From: a virus
Taxonomy: Duplodnaviria > Caudoviricetes
Direction: 5' to 3' (one strand)
IMG/VR virus record: IMGVR_UViG_3300037454_000974
Coordinates: 1,688-65,687 of that record
Length of the DNA: 64,000 nucleotides
This document shows, one piece after another, positions 41,928 to 51,310 of this stretch. Every line of letters starts with the position of its first letter. Position 1 is the stretch's first letter. The notes under the pieces are model-generated. The model made no database searches. It was not told the DNA's origin and saw nothing but the letters and a program-made list of their open reading frames with translations. A program made the position numbers and the translations under genes.

Positions 41928-42191
41928 ATGAAACGAAGTGAGAAGATAGTCAAAAGGCTTAATGATATGGGGGTTATACATGACCTTAACCCTCTCGTTT
42001 TTACACACAGAGGAAACCGCAATGGCTCATTCTCTTGGTGCGTATCAAGTGGCGTAATAGATATAGGTTCTACTTGTAGTATGCAAAAGTGCTTGAAGTG
42101 GAAACGTTGGATTTATAGCCCGAAATTATACGAGATATTTGAATATCACGAAGGCCAAAAGATTCACTATGGCGAAATCGTAGAAGATTAA
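41928..42191 (+). CDS. Hypothetical protein
   Basis: 87 aa; leader shared with next gene. Confidence 0.55.
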   Translation: MKRSEKIVKRLNDMGVIHDLNPLVFTHRGNRNGSFSWCVSSGVIDIGSTCSMQKCLKWKRWIYSPKLYEIFEYHEGQKIHYGEIVED

Positions 42192-42227
42192 AATTGAATT
42201 ATTGTTTTCGGAGATACACTAACAGAT

Positions 42228-42506
42228 ATGAAGATAAATATAGAAACAAAATTCAATATTGGTGATAAGGTTTGGAGAAAGAACCTTGTTACAAATGAGG
42301 CATCACAGGTTGAAATTACTCGCGTAGATGTTTACTACTTCTTTGAAGAAAATGGCAAGGAGAACTATTGTGTAATGTATCACGTTAAAGGAGATACTAC
42401 GATGTGTAACATATCTAATAAGGTAGATGCTAATAATGCGTTTGCAACACAAGAGGAGGCCGATGCTTGCCCTCCTTATGACAATGCAAACTATGCAAAA
42501 GTTTAA
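42228..42506 (+). CDS. Hypothetical protein (KFNIGDKVW, YopX/SH3-like start)
   Basis: 92 aa ORF. Confidence 0.55.
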   Translation: MKINIETKFNIGDKVWRKNLVTNEASQVEITRVDVYYFFEENGKENYCVMYHVKGDTTMCNISNKVDANNAFATQEEADACPPYDNANYAKV

Positions 42507-42536
42507 GTATTAGGAAATACAAAAACAAATTAAGGT

Positions 42537-42788
42537 ATGAGAGTTCCAGATAACATTTACCTACAAGTTTGTATGGAGTGTCCCAAAGAGGACTGCAAAA
42601 ATTGTCGGTTTGAGGATTTGGTTGACAATGTAACTTGGTGTAGAGATAGAATCTTCAAGAATGACTTTGAGTATATCAGCAAGAAATCCCTACTAAATTG
42701 GGCAACAACCTTTCACGCTATGTCACTAAATGATACGGAAAGAAAGACAATGCAGAAAGTCATTGATAAGATTGAATCGTATAAGTGA
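42537..42788 (+). CDS. Hypothetical protein
   Basis: 83 aa ORF. Confidence 0.55.
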   Translation: MRVPDNIYLQVCMECPKEDCKNCRFEDLVDNVTWCRDRIFKNDFEYISKKSLLNWATTFHAMSLNDTERKTMQKVIDKIESYK

Positions 42789-42818
42789 TTGCTAATATAT
42801 TGGGGAATACAAATAGAT

Positions 42819-43115
42819 ATGGGGTTGATACAATATAATGAAGAAAACCGGCTAAAGGTACTTGCATTTGGCAAGTATAAGGGCAGAAGTTTATCATAGG
42901 TTATTGGAAATTATCCTGATTATATCAAGTGGTGTCTTGAAAATGTAAAAGGCTTTGAACTTTCTAAAGATGAAATGGACAATTTGGCAATATCTCTTAG
43001 GAATAAACAAAGTTCTTATCGTGATTATTGCCCAAGTGGTGAAGCAAAGTGTGATGAATGGGAATCTTGGGCTTGGGGTGGAGCAGTTTCACCTTGGGGC
43101 TCGGATTTTATGTAA
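42819..43115 (+). pseudogene. DUF3820/ExoX-C-like small protein interrupted by in-frame TAG
   Basis: MGLIQ...FGKYKGRSLS*VIGNYPDYIKWCLEN...; TAG at 42897-42899; 99 codons to TAA. Confidence 0.6.
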
Positions 43116-43136
43116 TCAATATATTTTAGCAAAACT

Positions 43137-43325
43137 ATGACAGCAACTGAGCCAGCAAGAATTGCAACATATGGCAAAGGCAATTGCCGCAACTGCCCCT
43201 ATTGGGACCCCGCTCCTGATTATTGTGAGGTTTACCAAATGTTTATGAAAGGTAACGGGTATGAAGCAACATGCACATTCGAGGAACCCGTTAGCAACTA
43301 TATTCCGTCTGGGACCAGGTTTTAA
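43137..43325 (+). CDS. Small Cys-rich hypothetical protein
   Basis: CRNCPYW...C...C pattern. Confidence 0.45.
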   Translation: MTATEPARIATYGKGNCRNCPYWDPAPDYCEVYQMFMKGNGYEATCTFEEPVSNYIPSGTRF

Positions 43326-43510
43326 CATTAAAAAAATAAAATATGGAAGATTCGCACAAAGACAAAATCCTTTTTCATTTAGGCTTCTTTATCGGAAGCA
43401 TGTGTCAAGAATATGGCTATTCATTTAAGGAAGTCTATTCAATAGCAAAAGAGTACTTCGAAAATAATAAGTATTTCAATTAAAACAAAAAATTACCGTA
43501 TATTTGCAGC

Positions 43511-44092
43511 ATGACAAAAGCAGAAAAAATTAAAACGTTGCACGAAAAAGCCGATGAATGGCGCAAGGATACGTATCTTTTTGAAGGTGTAAAACCATAT
43601 TCCAAGTTTGAACAGGATTTGGTACAAACATACGAAAGCATGCGTGAAAGATTTGATTTCAGCATTGAAGACGTGAAGCCCGGTTCTAAAAAGTACATTC
43701 ACGTTTACACCATGTATCTCATCATTGCGCGTAGATTAACAAAAAGTATGCATCGCCCAATTACCGGTAAGGAATTGGATAACTTTATGACATCGGAAAC
43801 CATAGGCTCCTGTGTAGAAAGTATACTTGAGAAAGAAGAAAACGAATGGTGTAACTTATCAAAGGCAAAAAAAGTTTCCCATTCCTGGCTGCAATGCGTA
43901 TATAATACGTTAGTGTATTTTAGCGTTAATATCTATACCGTATATGGCTTCATTATTGAATTTTTTGACATAGACGGAAGGGATGAAATAAGAGAAAACT
44001 TTAATAATATATTCAAACACGCCTTGGATTTTGAAGCCGAAATGGTAAGCGTTATCGAAACCGCATTTGTATTAAAAAACAACAAAAAATGA
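43511..44092 (+). CDS. Hypothetical protein
   Basis: 193 aa; TATATTTG box upstream. Confidence 0.6.
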   Translation: MTKAEKIKTLHEKADEWRKDTYLFEGVKPYSKFEQDLVQTYESMRERFDFSIEDVKPGSKKYIHVYTMYLIIARRLTKSMHRPITGKELDNFMTSETIGSCVESILEKEENEWCNLSKAKKVSHSWLQCVYNTLVYFSVNIYTVYGFIIEFFDIDGRDEIRENFNNIFKHALDFEAEMVSVIETAFVLKNNKK

Positions 44093-44397
44093 TACTATAT
44101 TGCAAATACGAAGAGGATTTGTTACCGAACTATGTGGATCAGTTTCTTTATGACGCTGAGCCTATTTTCATGAATCCGCATCTTTATCCAATGTTCAATT
44201 TAGCTTTGTTTTATACGAATGAAAACAATGAGGTAAAACATAAATTGTTTGCCTTCGCAAAATCATGCAAAAGAAACCCCGATGGTTCTCTCATAGAATA
44301 TTTCGCCAATTATAGAAACAAAGTAAAAGAATTCCTTACCGATGGCGTAAAGAAACCCTTATGCATAATGATTCAACAAACATCAATCGACGACTAA
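44089..44397 (+). CDS. Hypothetical protein
   Basis: 102 aa, overlapping start. Confidence 0.55.
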   Translation: MILYCKYEEDLLPNYVDQFLYDAEPIFMNPHLYPMFNLALFYTNENNEVKHKLFAFAKSCKRNPDGSLIEYFANYRNKVKEFLTDGVKKPLCIMIQQTSIDD

Positions 44398-44398
44398 T

Positions 44399-44827
44399 AT
44401 GTGTTTAATATCCGAAAAAAGGTACCCGATACCGGCAGAACATAACATAACATGCTTCAAGGTGATGGTTTCACACCGCGCCTCAGGCCCCTATTTCACC
44501 CCGTATCGCAGCGCTGAAATGAAAGACAATTGCCTTAGCACTGAAGATAGCGAGGTGCAGTATGGCGTAGAAACATATCGCGGAAATGAATGGCAGGTTG
44601 ACTCGGGCTATATACATACGTTCCGCAGTTTTCTCGATGCCTACGATGAAGCCTTTCGCATCTATACACCCTATGTCGTAATCTTCGAATGTACAATACC
44701 GAAAGGAACACTATACTATGAAGGTAAGTATGGGCCGGATAATAGCCTTGCATCAAGAAAGATAATCTTCAATAGAATTGAAAAAACAGTAAAACACAAT
44801 ACTGAACCAAAAATAATGTTTTTTTAA
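44399..44827 (+). CDS. MCL-family paralog 1
   Basis: MCL...CFKV...TPY...GYIHTF...FECTIPKGT.YY.G. Confidence 0.7.
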   Translation: MCLISEKRYPIPAEHNITCFKVMVSHRASGPYFTPYRSAEMKDNCLSTEDSEVQYGVETYRGNEWQVDSGYIHTFRSFLDAYDEAFRIYTPYVVIFECTIPKGTLYYEGKYGPDNSLASRKIIFNRIEKTVKHNTEPKIMFF

Positions 44828-44901
44828 AAAAAACAACGGCTAATGTAAAAATTAGCCGTTCATTATTTAAGTGGTGTTCATTATTTCTGGACACGCCTGT
44901 T

Positions 44902-45318
44902 CTACTGGATAGGATGAATTAGTTCAACAAACCTGAGTTCCCTCGCACAATATTCGGTACCGTTCTCGAAATATTCCACCCCCGCAGGTATCTCACAACG
45001 ATAGATTAAAACTTTCTTGTAACGCCCGAACCTCTTTATTGCCCTTTTTCCATTACGGTAGGCATGAATATAACCTGGTCCAAAATCTAATATTTCATCA
45101 CCGGTGGCGGGATTAACCCAACGATCAGCAACCAGGTTCTGCCACTTGATGTTGCTGCGGTTTGCCTTTAGCGTCTCCTTTCCCTGAATAATTTCCTCAG
45201 GAATGCGGGTATTCGTGTAAAACGTCCTGATGTACTTGGTACCCTTCAACACCTTCTTGTAACATATTAGAGGCCTCTTGGTAATCTTGGGAGCCCTCAT
45301 TGTCGTACTTAAACACAT
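44902..45318 (-). CDS. MCL-family paralog 2
   Basis: MCL...CYKK...GYIHAY...YRCEIPAGVEYF. Confidence 0.7.
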   Translation of the reverse strand: MCLSTTMRAPKITKRPLICYKKVLKGTKYIRTFYTNTRIPEEIIQGKETLKANRSNIKWQNLVADRWVNPATGDEILDFGPGYIHAYRNGKRAIKRFGRYKKVLIYRCEIPAGVEYFENGTEYCARELRFVELIHPIQ

Positions 45319-45319
45319 A

Positions 45320-45769
45320 TTATTGTTCGTTTATAAATGAATAAACCATTTTGTCAAAAACTATCTGCCTTGCACAGATGTCGTTATCTTCACCTTCAAA
45401 ATATTCAGTACCTGCGGGTATCTCGCAACGATAAACAACTAGGCTGTTGTCATGTAAGTTAGCACAGGCACGCTTGGCGGCGCCTAAGGAATAGTAGGCA
45501 TGAATGTACCCGCTTCCAATCGCGGGATAGCTTAGCCAAAGAGTTCCCATCATCTTCACCAACGACGTCCACTTGCGTTTCTGATTGTTTGCCACGAATG
45601 GCTTGACACCATTGAGAATTTCGTGATCCAACTTGGTATTACGGAAAGGCGTGGTATAACGCATCTTGTCGCCGTGCATTTTTTGTACACGGATAACCTT
45701 GTAACAAACGCGGTTCTGCTTTGACTTTTGAGGCAAACCAAATTTAGCATCTTTAATTATTAAGCACAT
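45320..45769 (-). CDS. MCL-family paralog 3
   Basis: MCL...CYKV...TPF...GYIHAY...YRCEIPAGTEYF; ATG overlaps upstream TAA. Confidence 0.7.
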   Translation of the reverse strand: MCLIIKDAKFGLPQKSKQNRVCYKVIRVQKMHGDKMRYTTPFRNTKLDHEILNGVKPFVANNQKRKWTSLVKMMGTLWLSYPAIGSGYIHAYYSLGAAKRACANLHDNSLVVYRCEIPAGTEYFEGEDNDICARQIVFDKMVYSFINEQ

Positions 45770-46242
45770 TACCAATCTAAATTTATTTGTTTGACAATCC
45801 TGATCTTTTTCGAAGCAAAACCCTGATATTGATTAAAGCTTACGGGACAGATACCCCTATAATAATCTGTTCCCTTCGGAATTACGCATTCCCAAACTTC
45901 ATAAGCCTCGCAATCCCCAATATGAAGATGGGGAAAATATTTGGAAATAATACTCGCTTTAGCATCTTCAATGTTGGCGAAAGTGTGAATGTAACCCTCA
46001 TCAACTTCATATAAGTCACCATGCGCATAAACAGGAATACTCATGGCAGCATTGTTACACTCGGCTTCAAAGACGACGCCGTTAATGACATCGTTTATCT
46101 TGGGAACCTTCTTGCCATTAAACGGACTATAGAATTCGTCCTTCTTTCTATCCAAGAAGCCATACCTTACTTTGAATACCTTGTAACACTTCAGATTTAC
46201 ACGGCACTTTATCGGCTTGTTCTTCATACTTAATAAACACAT
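45769..46242 (-). CDS. MCL-family paralog 4
   Basis: MCL...CYKV...SPF...GYIHTF...WECVIPKGTDYY. Confidence 0.7.
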   Translation of the reverse strand: MCLLSMKNKPIKCRVNLKCYKVFKVRYGFLDRKKDEFYSPFNGKKVPKINDVINGVVFEAECNNAAMSIPVYAHGDLYEVDEGYIHTFANIEDAKASIISKYFPHLHIGDCEAYEVWECVIPKGTDYYRGICPVSFNQYQGFASKKIRIVKQINLDW

Positions 46243-46333
46243 TTGCTTCAAATTTTGATACAATGCAAAGATAGGCAAATTTATTTTAAAAACAAAAAAC
46301 CGTGAAACTTTTTCGTCTCACGGTTGATTAATT

Positions 46334-46897
46334 CTATATTTTGTCTTTCTTTAATATCTTTAAATCTTTTGGATTAAAAATGACGTAATTCGTATTTCCC
46401 TTGTCAACCCATTTAATCCCCTTGTAGCCCTCTTTATATAAGAACTCGGAGGTTTCCTTGTCGCTTCCGAATAAATGCGCCAGATCGCCGTAAATATCGC
46501 CACCGTTCTCAGCATCCAAGATATACTTGCACTGCTCTTCCCAAAACTCCCTCTCATGCCCGGCATACGCCTCTCTACCATATTCATTTTCTTCGGTGTA
46601 GTATTTGTAGAAATCCATTGCAATACGATTCACTTCAGTCCTTGAAATGCCTTCGTAAGAAAGATAACGCCCATCAGGGACTTTTACAGTATAGATATAA
46701 CCGCCCTGCGCGTAATCCTTCGCAACCTCAAGGCTGTCACTGAGATAAAAACCGTAACCGTAAGCCTGTTCCCCCCAACCACTGCCTAAATAGGCTAAGT
46801 CAAACTTGTCAAAGTCCGCCGCAGTGCCGTGAAAGAGATTCATTTCCTTAATTGTCTCACGGATGATTTTACGTATTATTCTTTCCTGCTTATCCAT
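46334..46897 (-). CDS. ADP-ribosyltransferase-like protein (ART-PolyVal type)
   Basis: LFHGTAADFDKFD...GEQAYGYGFYLSDSLEVAKDYA...IYTVKVP...GYKGI...NYVIFNP. Confidence 0.7.
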   Translation of the reverse strand: MDKQERIIRKIIRETIKEMNLFHGTAADFDKFDLAYLGSGWGEQAYGYGFYLSDSLEVAKDYAQGGYIYTVKVPDGRYLSYEGISRTEVNRIAMDFYKYYTEENEYGREAYAGHEREFWEEQCKYILDAENGGDIYGDLAHLFGSDKETSEFLYKEGYKGIKWVDKGNTNYVIFNPKDLKILKKDKI

Positions 46898-48161
46898 TAA
46901 TGATTTTTTGAATGGCTTCAGAAATTATTTCATCAATACGGAATTCGTTTAAAAAACTTTCTTTTACTACTCTGTCTAAAGCAGAACTATTATATTCGGT
47001 ATCATCCTCCATGTGATGCCTCAACGCTGCCACAATTAATGCCTTAACCTGCGGCGTAAAGCCATTCAAGATTTCATAACCTTCATCAGAAAGTTCCCAA
47101 CCGTAATAATTTTCATCATATTCCGGACCGGCCCAATAACTGGTACCCGTGTAACGCCCGTAGCCGTGACGAATAATACCGATACCATCAATAGGCAAAT
47201 CGTATTCTTCTATTATTTCTTCAATGTCATTGGGCTGCCTACCATATACCTGTTGAAATGCATAGGCGTAGTCATCAAGAGTCAATTCAATATTGTCTTG
47301 TTCGTCATATTCGTCATCGTCGGCGTCATGTGGAAATATATTATGCTCATTAATAGCAGCCCTAATGGCTTCACGTAATTGAGATTCACTAACAGTTTTA
47401 TATTGTGGCTTGTCATAATCCGGTGTACCATAGTCAGGCTTGTCATAGTTAGGAGTACTGTATGACGGAGCAACATTACCAAAACCCTGTTGCGTATTAT
47501 CATATTCAACGCTATCAGGCCCCACTACCTGAGGCTCTACCGGTTCAGTAGACTTTGGCGTCATCTTGTTTATAACATTAATTTTTCCAGAAAAACCATC
47601 GCTTTCATTAGACTTCGAAAGTATTCTTTCAACCATCTTAAGAGAACCTTCATCAGCCTTCGAAGTTATTACTATTTCAATGCCTTCAACAAACTTATCA
47701 AGCGGATATATGCCTTCACTGCAGTATAGCCTTTCTTCAGCCTCATATCTATTACTTGAATTAAATTTGTTTCCAAAATAATTATATGGAACTAATTTAG
47801 CGCCCCTTATCTTCATTAATGCATCAGCATCAAATGTTAAACGACAAAAGGCACCAAAAGATTGTCTTATATTAAAACTTTTATCCCTGGTGAAACATAT
47901 ATACGGCATTTCAGCACCACTTTCATCTAATACGCGAGATTGATTATATACGTTATCAAGTTCGGCTTCCCTGTTGTCGCGACGCCTTCTATCACGACGC
48001 CCGTCTTCGCCATCAGAATATTCAGCCTTTAAACGATTTTCACATATCATGCCATATAAACCCTGTAAAGTTGTGTAATGATATAGAACGCCATGATAAT
48101 GCTCAGTTAATACTGCCTTGATAGCTTCACGTATTTGAGATTCGGATATCTTGAATTTCAT
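46890..48161 (-). CDS. Protein with HYT-type ART-like domain and duplicated SESQLREAI motif
   Basis: LYHYTTLQGLYGMICENRL...YICFTRD...EAEERL; motif repeat at DNA level 47368-47387 and 48124-48143. Confidence 0.55.
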   Translation of the reverse strand: MKFKISESQIREAIKAVLTEHYHGVLYHYTTLQGLYGMICENRLKAEYSDGEDGRRDRRRRDNREAELDNVYNQSRVLDESGAEMPYICFTRDKSFNIRQSFGAFCRLTFDADALMKIRGAKLVPYNYFGNKFNSSNRYEAEERLYCSEGIYPLDKFVEGIEIVITSKADEGSLKMVERILSKSNESDGFSGKINVINKMTPKSTEPVEPQVVGPDSVEYDNTQQGFGNVAPSYSTPNYDKPDYGTPDYDKPQYKTVSESQLREAIRAAINEHNIFPHDADDDEYDEQDNIELTLDDYAYAFQQVYGRQPNDIEEIIEEYDLPIDGIGIIRHGYGRYTGTSYWAGPEYDENYYGWELSDEGYEILNGFTPQVKALIVAALRHHMEDDTEYNSSALDRVVKESFLNEFRIDEIISEAIQKIING

Positions 48162-48259
48162 ATGCTATTTTTGTTGTAAAATCTTTATTTGAAATATGTA
48201 ATTTAGTAATAAATATTTGATTCATATTGGAAATGTTATTAAAATATAAAGCCAATCGT

Positions 48260-48600
48260 AATTATTCCGAAAAAATTTATAAAAAAGTATCCTCAAAAAA
48301 TGATTTGAGAAAAGACGATGTTGTAGTATATATGTATTTGTATGAAGACGGCATTTTATATGACTATTATCCAAAGGGAAGGGTATGTAAAAAAATGTAA
48401 AAATTTCCGGAAAAATTTTTTTGAAAAAACGATTTTTTAGAAAAAGGGGGTACCCCTTTGAAAAAGTTGAAAAATTTCCCGGCGATTTGACGAAGCCCAT
48501 AGCCCCCCGCCATTTGGCAAAAAGCAGGAAGGGTAACGGGGGGAGTAACTTACGTAGGGGGGTTAAGGGGAGGGGGTACGTAGGGGTACTCCGTAGAAAA
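48260..48600. other. Non-coding boundary with A/T tracts, palindrome and six G-runs
   Basis: GGGGTACCCC 48447-48456; G-runs 48531-48586; tacgtagggg at 48551 and 48577. Confidence 0.7.
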
Positions 48601-48615
48601 AAACTTGCGAGATAA

Positions 48616-48654
48616 TTTGGTGGAGTCAGGTATCCTCTTATTTTAGGGAATATA
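48616..48654 (+). repeat. 39-bp element #1 (single)
   Basis: tttggtggagtcaggtatcctct-tattttag-ggaatata. Confidence 0.95.
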
Positions 48655-48810
48655 AACATCCAATTTTCACCGTTTTCCGCCGAAAAATGCAAAAAATGAA
48701 AGATTTGTAATTAACTGATTATCGATATATTATAATGTTAAAATCTGTGAAAATTCGGATAAAACCAACAGATTTCGTATGATTTTTCTGATAAAAAAGT
48801 GGGCGAAAGG

Positions 48811-49059
48811 CTTGGCTGAGCCAGATGTTCTGTTATTTTAGGGAATATAAGCTGTCCGGGAAGCGTGTCGTCCACATCCTGTGGCCGCCAGCGACAGCAG
48901 AGTTCCGTGCAGCAATACAGTCGTCGATGGTATATATTCTCTAAAATAATCTTCTCTTCGACTTGGGCAAGGATTCGTTCAAAAAAATTTCATTAAGGGT
49001 AATATTTTCTTGCGACAAGATTTGGTTGAGTCAAGCCTTCTACTATTTTAGAGAATATA
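48811..49059. repeat. 39-bp elements #2(+,48811-48849), #3(-,48933-48971), #4(+,49021-49059)
   Basis: Convergent pair around an 83-nt GC-rich insert, then a divergent copy. Confidence 0.95.
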
Positions 49060-49206
49060 TTACGCCGTCGTCATCCTCCTCTACGGCACTCTTGTAACTC
49101 GGAATCGGTTAAGACTTTTTAACAAAACTTTTTATCATAAGATTTGTTGGATTAAAATATAATGTTTATATTTGTCATAGTAATAACAATTAAAATTAAT
49201 TGAATT

Positions 49207-49350
49207 ATGAAAGGTTTTGTAATAGCATTATGCGCAATACTTTTAGTTAATGCGTTGATGATTGTCTCAATTATTCTTGGCGAGATAGCATATCAATGCT
49301 TAAGATGGATTGGGAGAAAGTTGGCATACTTCTTCTTTGATTCACTTTAG
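49207..49350 (+). CDS. Small hydrophobic protein
   Basis: 47 aa MKGFVIALCAILLVNALMIVSIILG...; own promoter. Confidence 0.5.
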   Translation: MKGFVIALCAILLVNALMIVSIILGEIAYQCLRWIGRKLAYFFFDSL

Positions 49351-49505
49351 TTGCTTGTGCACTTTTTTTTGAATAATAATTTTTCATATTAAAATTGTTT
49401 TATTATTATGTTTTGAAAAAGGCGCGTAGAGATACGTGCCTTTTTTGTTTTTATATATTTTGCCAGGATCGTTCCATTGACTTGAGAGTCTGAAGGCGGG
49501 CTGCC

Positions 49506-49619
49506 TATATTCTCTAAAATAATAAAGCCGCTGTATCCGCCAAATTATTAGAAAGAAATTTTCAAAAAGTTGTTCCAAAATTTGGATGATTGCGGGAAAA
49601 TACTTTTTTAGGGAATATA
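49506..49619. repeat. 39-bp elements #5(-,49506-49544), #6(+,49581-49619), divergent
   Basis: Both match consensus; #6 has TTTTTTAG. Confidence 0.9.
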
Positions 49620-49748
49620 AACGACAGAGACTCGGAGTGGGCACGGGAAGTTCGTGGCTAAAAAAAGTTTGAAGAAAGTCGGCTCAATGTTTGGTTAAAT
49701 CAAGGAAAAACCATATCTTTGTTAACGTAATAATAAACCTATAATGTT

Positions 49749-50135
49749 ATGAACGAGAATAAACTTTTGTACATTGCATCGGAAACCGCAAGTGTTTTTG
49801 GTATTTTGAGTAAGACTGATTCGGAAACACGAAAAGTGTTATTGGCGAAACTTAATGAGTTGCTTGGCAAAGAAAGCAAGTATGATTTCAACATGGATTT
49901 CGTCAATGACGGAATCACGGAAGTTTGCATGGTTGCGTATGACGGTGGGCGCCATCCCGAATATAATTCAACTATGTACAACACCGTCTATGGAGTGTTG
50001 AAGAAAAAGGGTAAATTCTATGTCAACACCGAAGAGGATAGCGAATATCCAATGAAGTATTTGACAACGGCAGAGGTTTACGGCGTGGTTATGGCAATGA
50101 TTGCCGATATGCAGCTTAGAGCTGAGCAAGACTAA
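49749..50135 (+). CDS. Hypothetical early protein
   Basis: 128 aa between promoter and terminator. Confidence 0.7.
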   Translation: MNENKLLYIASETASVFGILSKTDSETRKVLLAKLNELLGKESKYDFNMDFVNDGITEVCMVAYDGGRHPEYNSTMYNTVYGVLKKKGKFYVNTEEDSEYPMKYLTTAEVYGVVMAMIADMQLRAEQD

Positions 50136-50209
50136 AGTCTTTTCCATATCTTTGTGAAGTGCCTACCCAATTGGGTGGGCATTTTTTTTTGAAAAAAGTG
50201 TTGAGAACA

Positions 50210-50455
50210 TTTGGTAGAGTCAGCGGCTGTATTATTTTAGGGAATATCTGTCATCCGGAGGCAGCCTCTCCTTCCTCATTTAGTAATATAACTTATTGAA
50301 AAATAGCGAGTTAGACAGAAGCGAGGACGACGCCTTCGTCAAGGAGATGTTCGTGAATCGAATGATGTTTCTGAAAGAACGAGGAGTTGTGTGGAGACAC
50401 CCGTCGGTGAAGGCCATATATTCTCTAAAATAATAACTCTTCTGGCTTGAGCAAA
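50210..50455. repeat. 39-bp elements #7(+,50210-50248), #8(-,50417-50455), convergent
   Basis: 168-nt insert, GC-rich next to each element. Confidence 0.95.
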
Positions 50456-50548
50456 TTTCTTGCGATATTTTTTGAAAAAATATTAGTCGAAATATTTCGT
50501 GGAATCAAAATAAGTCCGTATATTTGTATACGTAAAAACAACATCGTT

Positions 50549-50764
50549 ATGAATAAGTGGAAAGTTACATTTTTGATACGCGGTAAGGATAACATTTCGG
50601 TGAATGTCAATAGTAACAATGAGTTGTTTGCTCGGCAGAACGCGATACGGAAATTGCTGATGCAGTACTCTCATCTTGGGTTGCAAAGTGGCGAATATCA
50701 AATAGTGTCGGCAAAGTTGATTTCAAAAGAGAGTACTTTCGGAAAGTATAAGATTTATACATAA
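50549..50764 (+). CDS. Hypothetical early protein
   Basis: MNKWKVTF..., TATATTTG box 50519-50526. Confidence 0.6.
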   Translation: MNKWKVTFLIRGKDNISVNVNSNNELFARQNAIRKLLMQYSHLGLQSGEYQIVSAKLISKESTFGKYKIYT

Positions 50765-50871
50765 CATTATAGGGACATAAAGATGTGGACTTGAAAGAGG
50801 TGCGTTGCGAAACGCGCCTTTTTTGTTATCCGTAGTTGAGGTTGAGTGGAGATATTCCTGAGGATACAGAT

Positions 50872-50999
50872 TATATTCTCTAAAATAGCAGGAAGTCTGG
50901 CTTGGCAAAATTTTTGGGTATAAAAATCGTACGTTTGTAATGAAAAAAGTTTGGTTGAGATTTGGTGGAGTCGATGGAAGTATTATTTTAGAGAATATA
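50872..50999. repeat. 39-bp elements #9(-,50872-50910), #10(+,50961-50999), divergent
   Basis: Consensus matches. Confidence 0.95.
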
Positions 51000-51127
51000 C
51001 GCCGTCAATGGACAGGTGCTGTATCGCAATTGTCTTGGCTAAAAAAACTTTGAAAAAAGTTGCTGATTTGTTTGGTAGTTTAATAGGGAATCATTATCTT
51101 TACGAAGTAATTAAAGATAGAAAGACT

Positions 51128-51298
51128 ATGGCAAAGTATTCGTATTTCATTTTAGCGAGTGAGAACGAGGGGAGCGAGCAAATCAATGATTATTGCACAG
51201 CATTCTCCGCGTTTCAAGTGAACAAAAGTCTTGGAGTTTCATCAACCCTTTATGGAGTAGATGCACAAGGCGAGCAGTCGGTAATTTTCTCATATTAA
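51128..51298 (+). CDS. Small protein, paralog of 61968-62126
   Basis: MAKY...STLYGVDAQGEQSVIF. Confidence 0.65.
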   Translation: MAKYSYFILASENEGSEQINDYCTAFSAFQVNKSLGVSSTLYGVDAQGEQSVIFSY

Positions 51299-51310
51299 AA
51301 CAATAGAATT

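Noticed and set aside
48222-48692. ORFs 48222-48692(-) and 48421-48615(+)
   Set aside because: Low-complexity translations of the G-run/A-tract region with no plausible start context
50951-51127. N-terminal extension of ORF 50951-51298, and ORFs 51721-51921 and 53543-54007
   Set aside because: They read through the repeat element (giving the recurring YYFREY peptide) and promoter; real starts lie downstream or on the other strand
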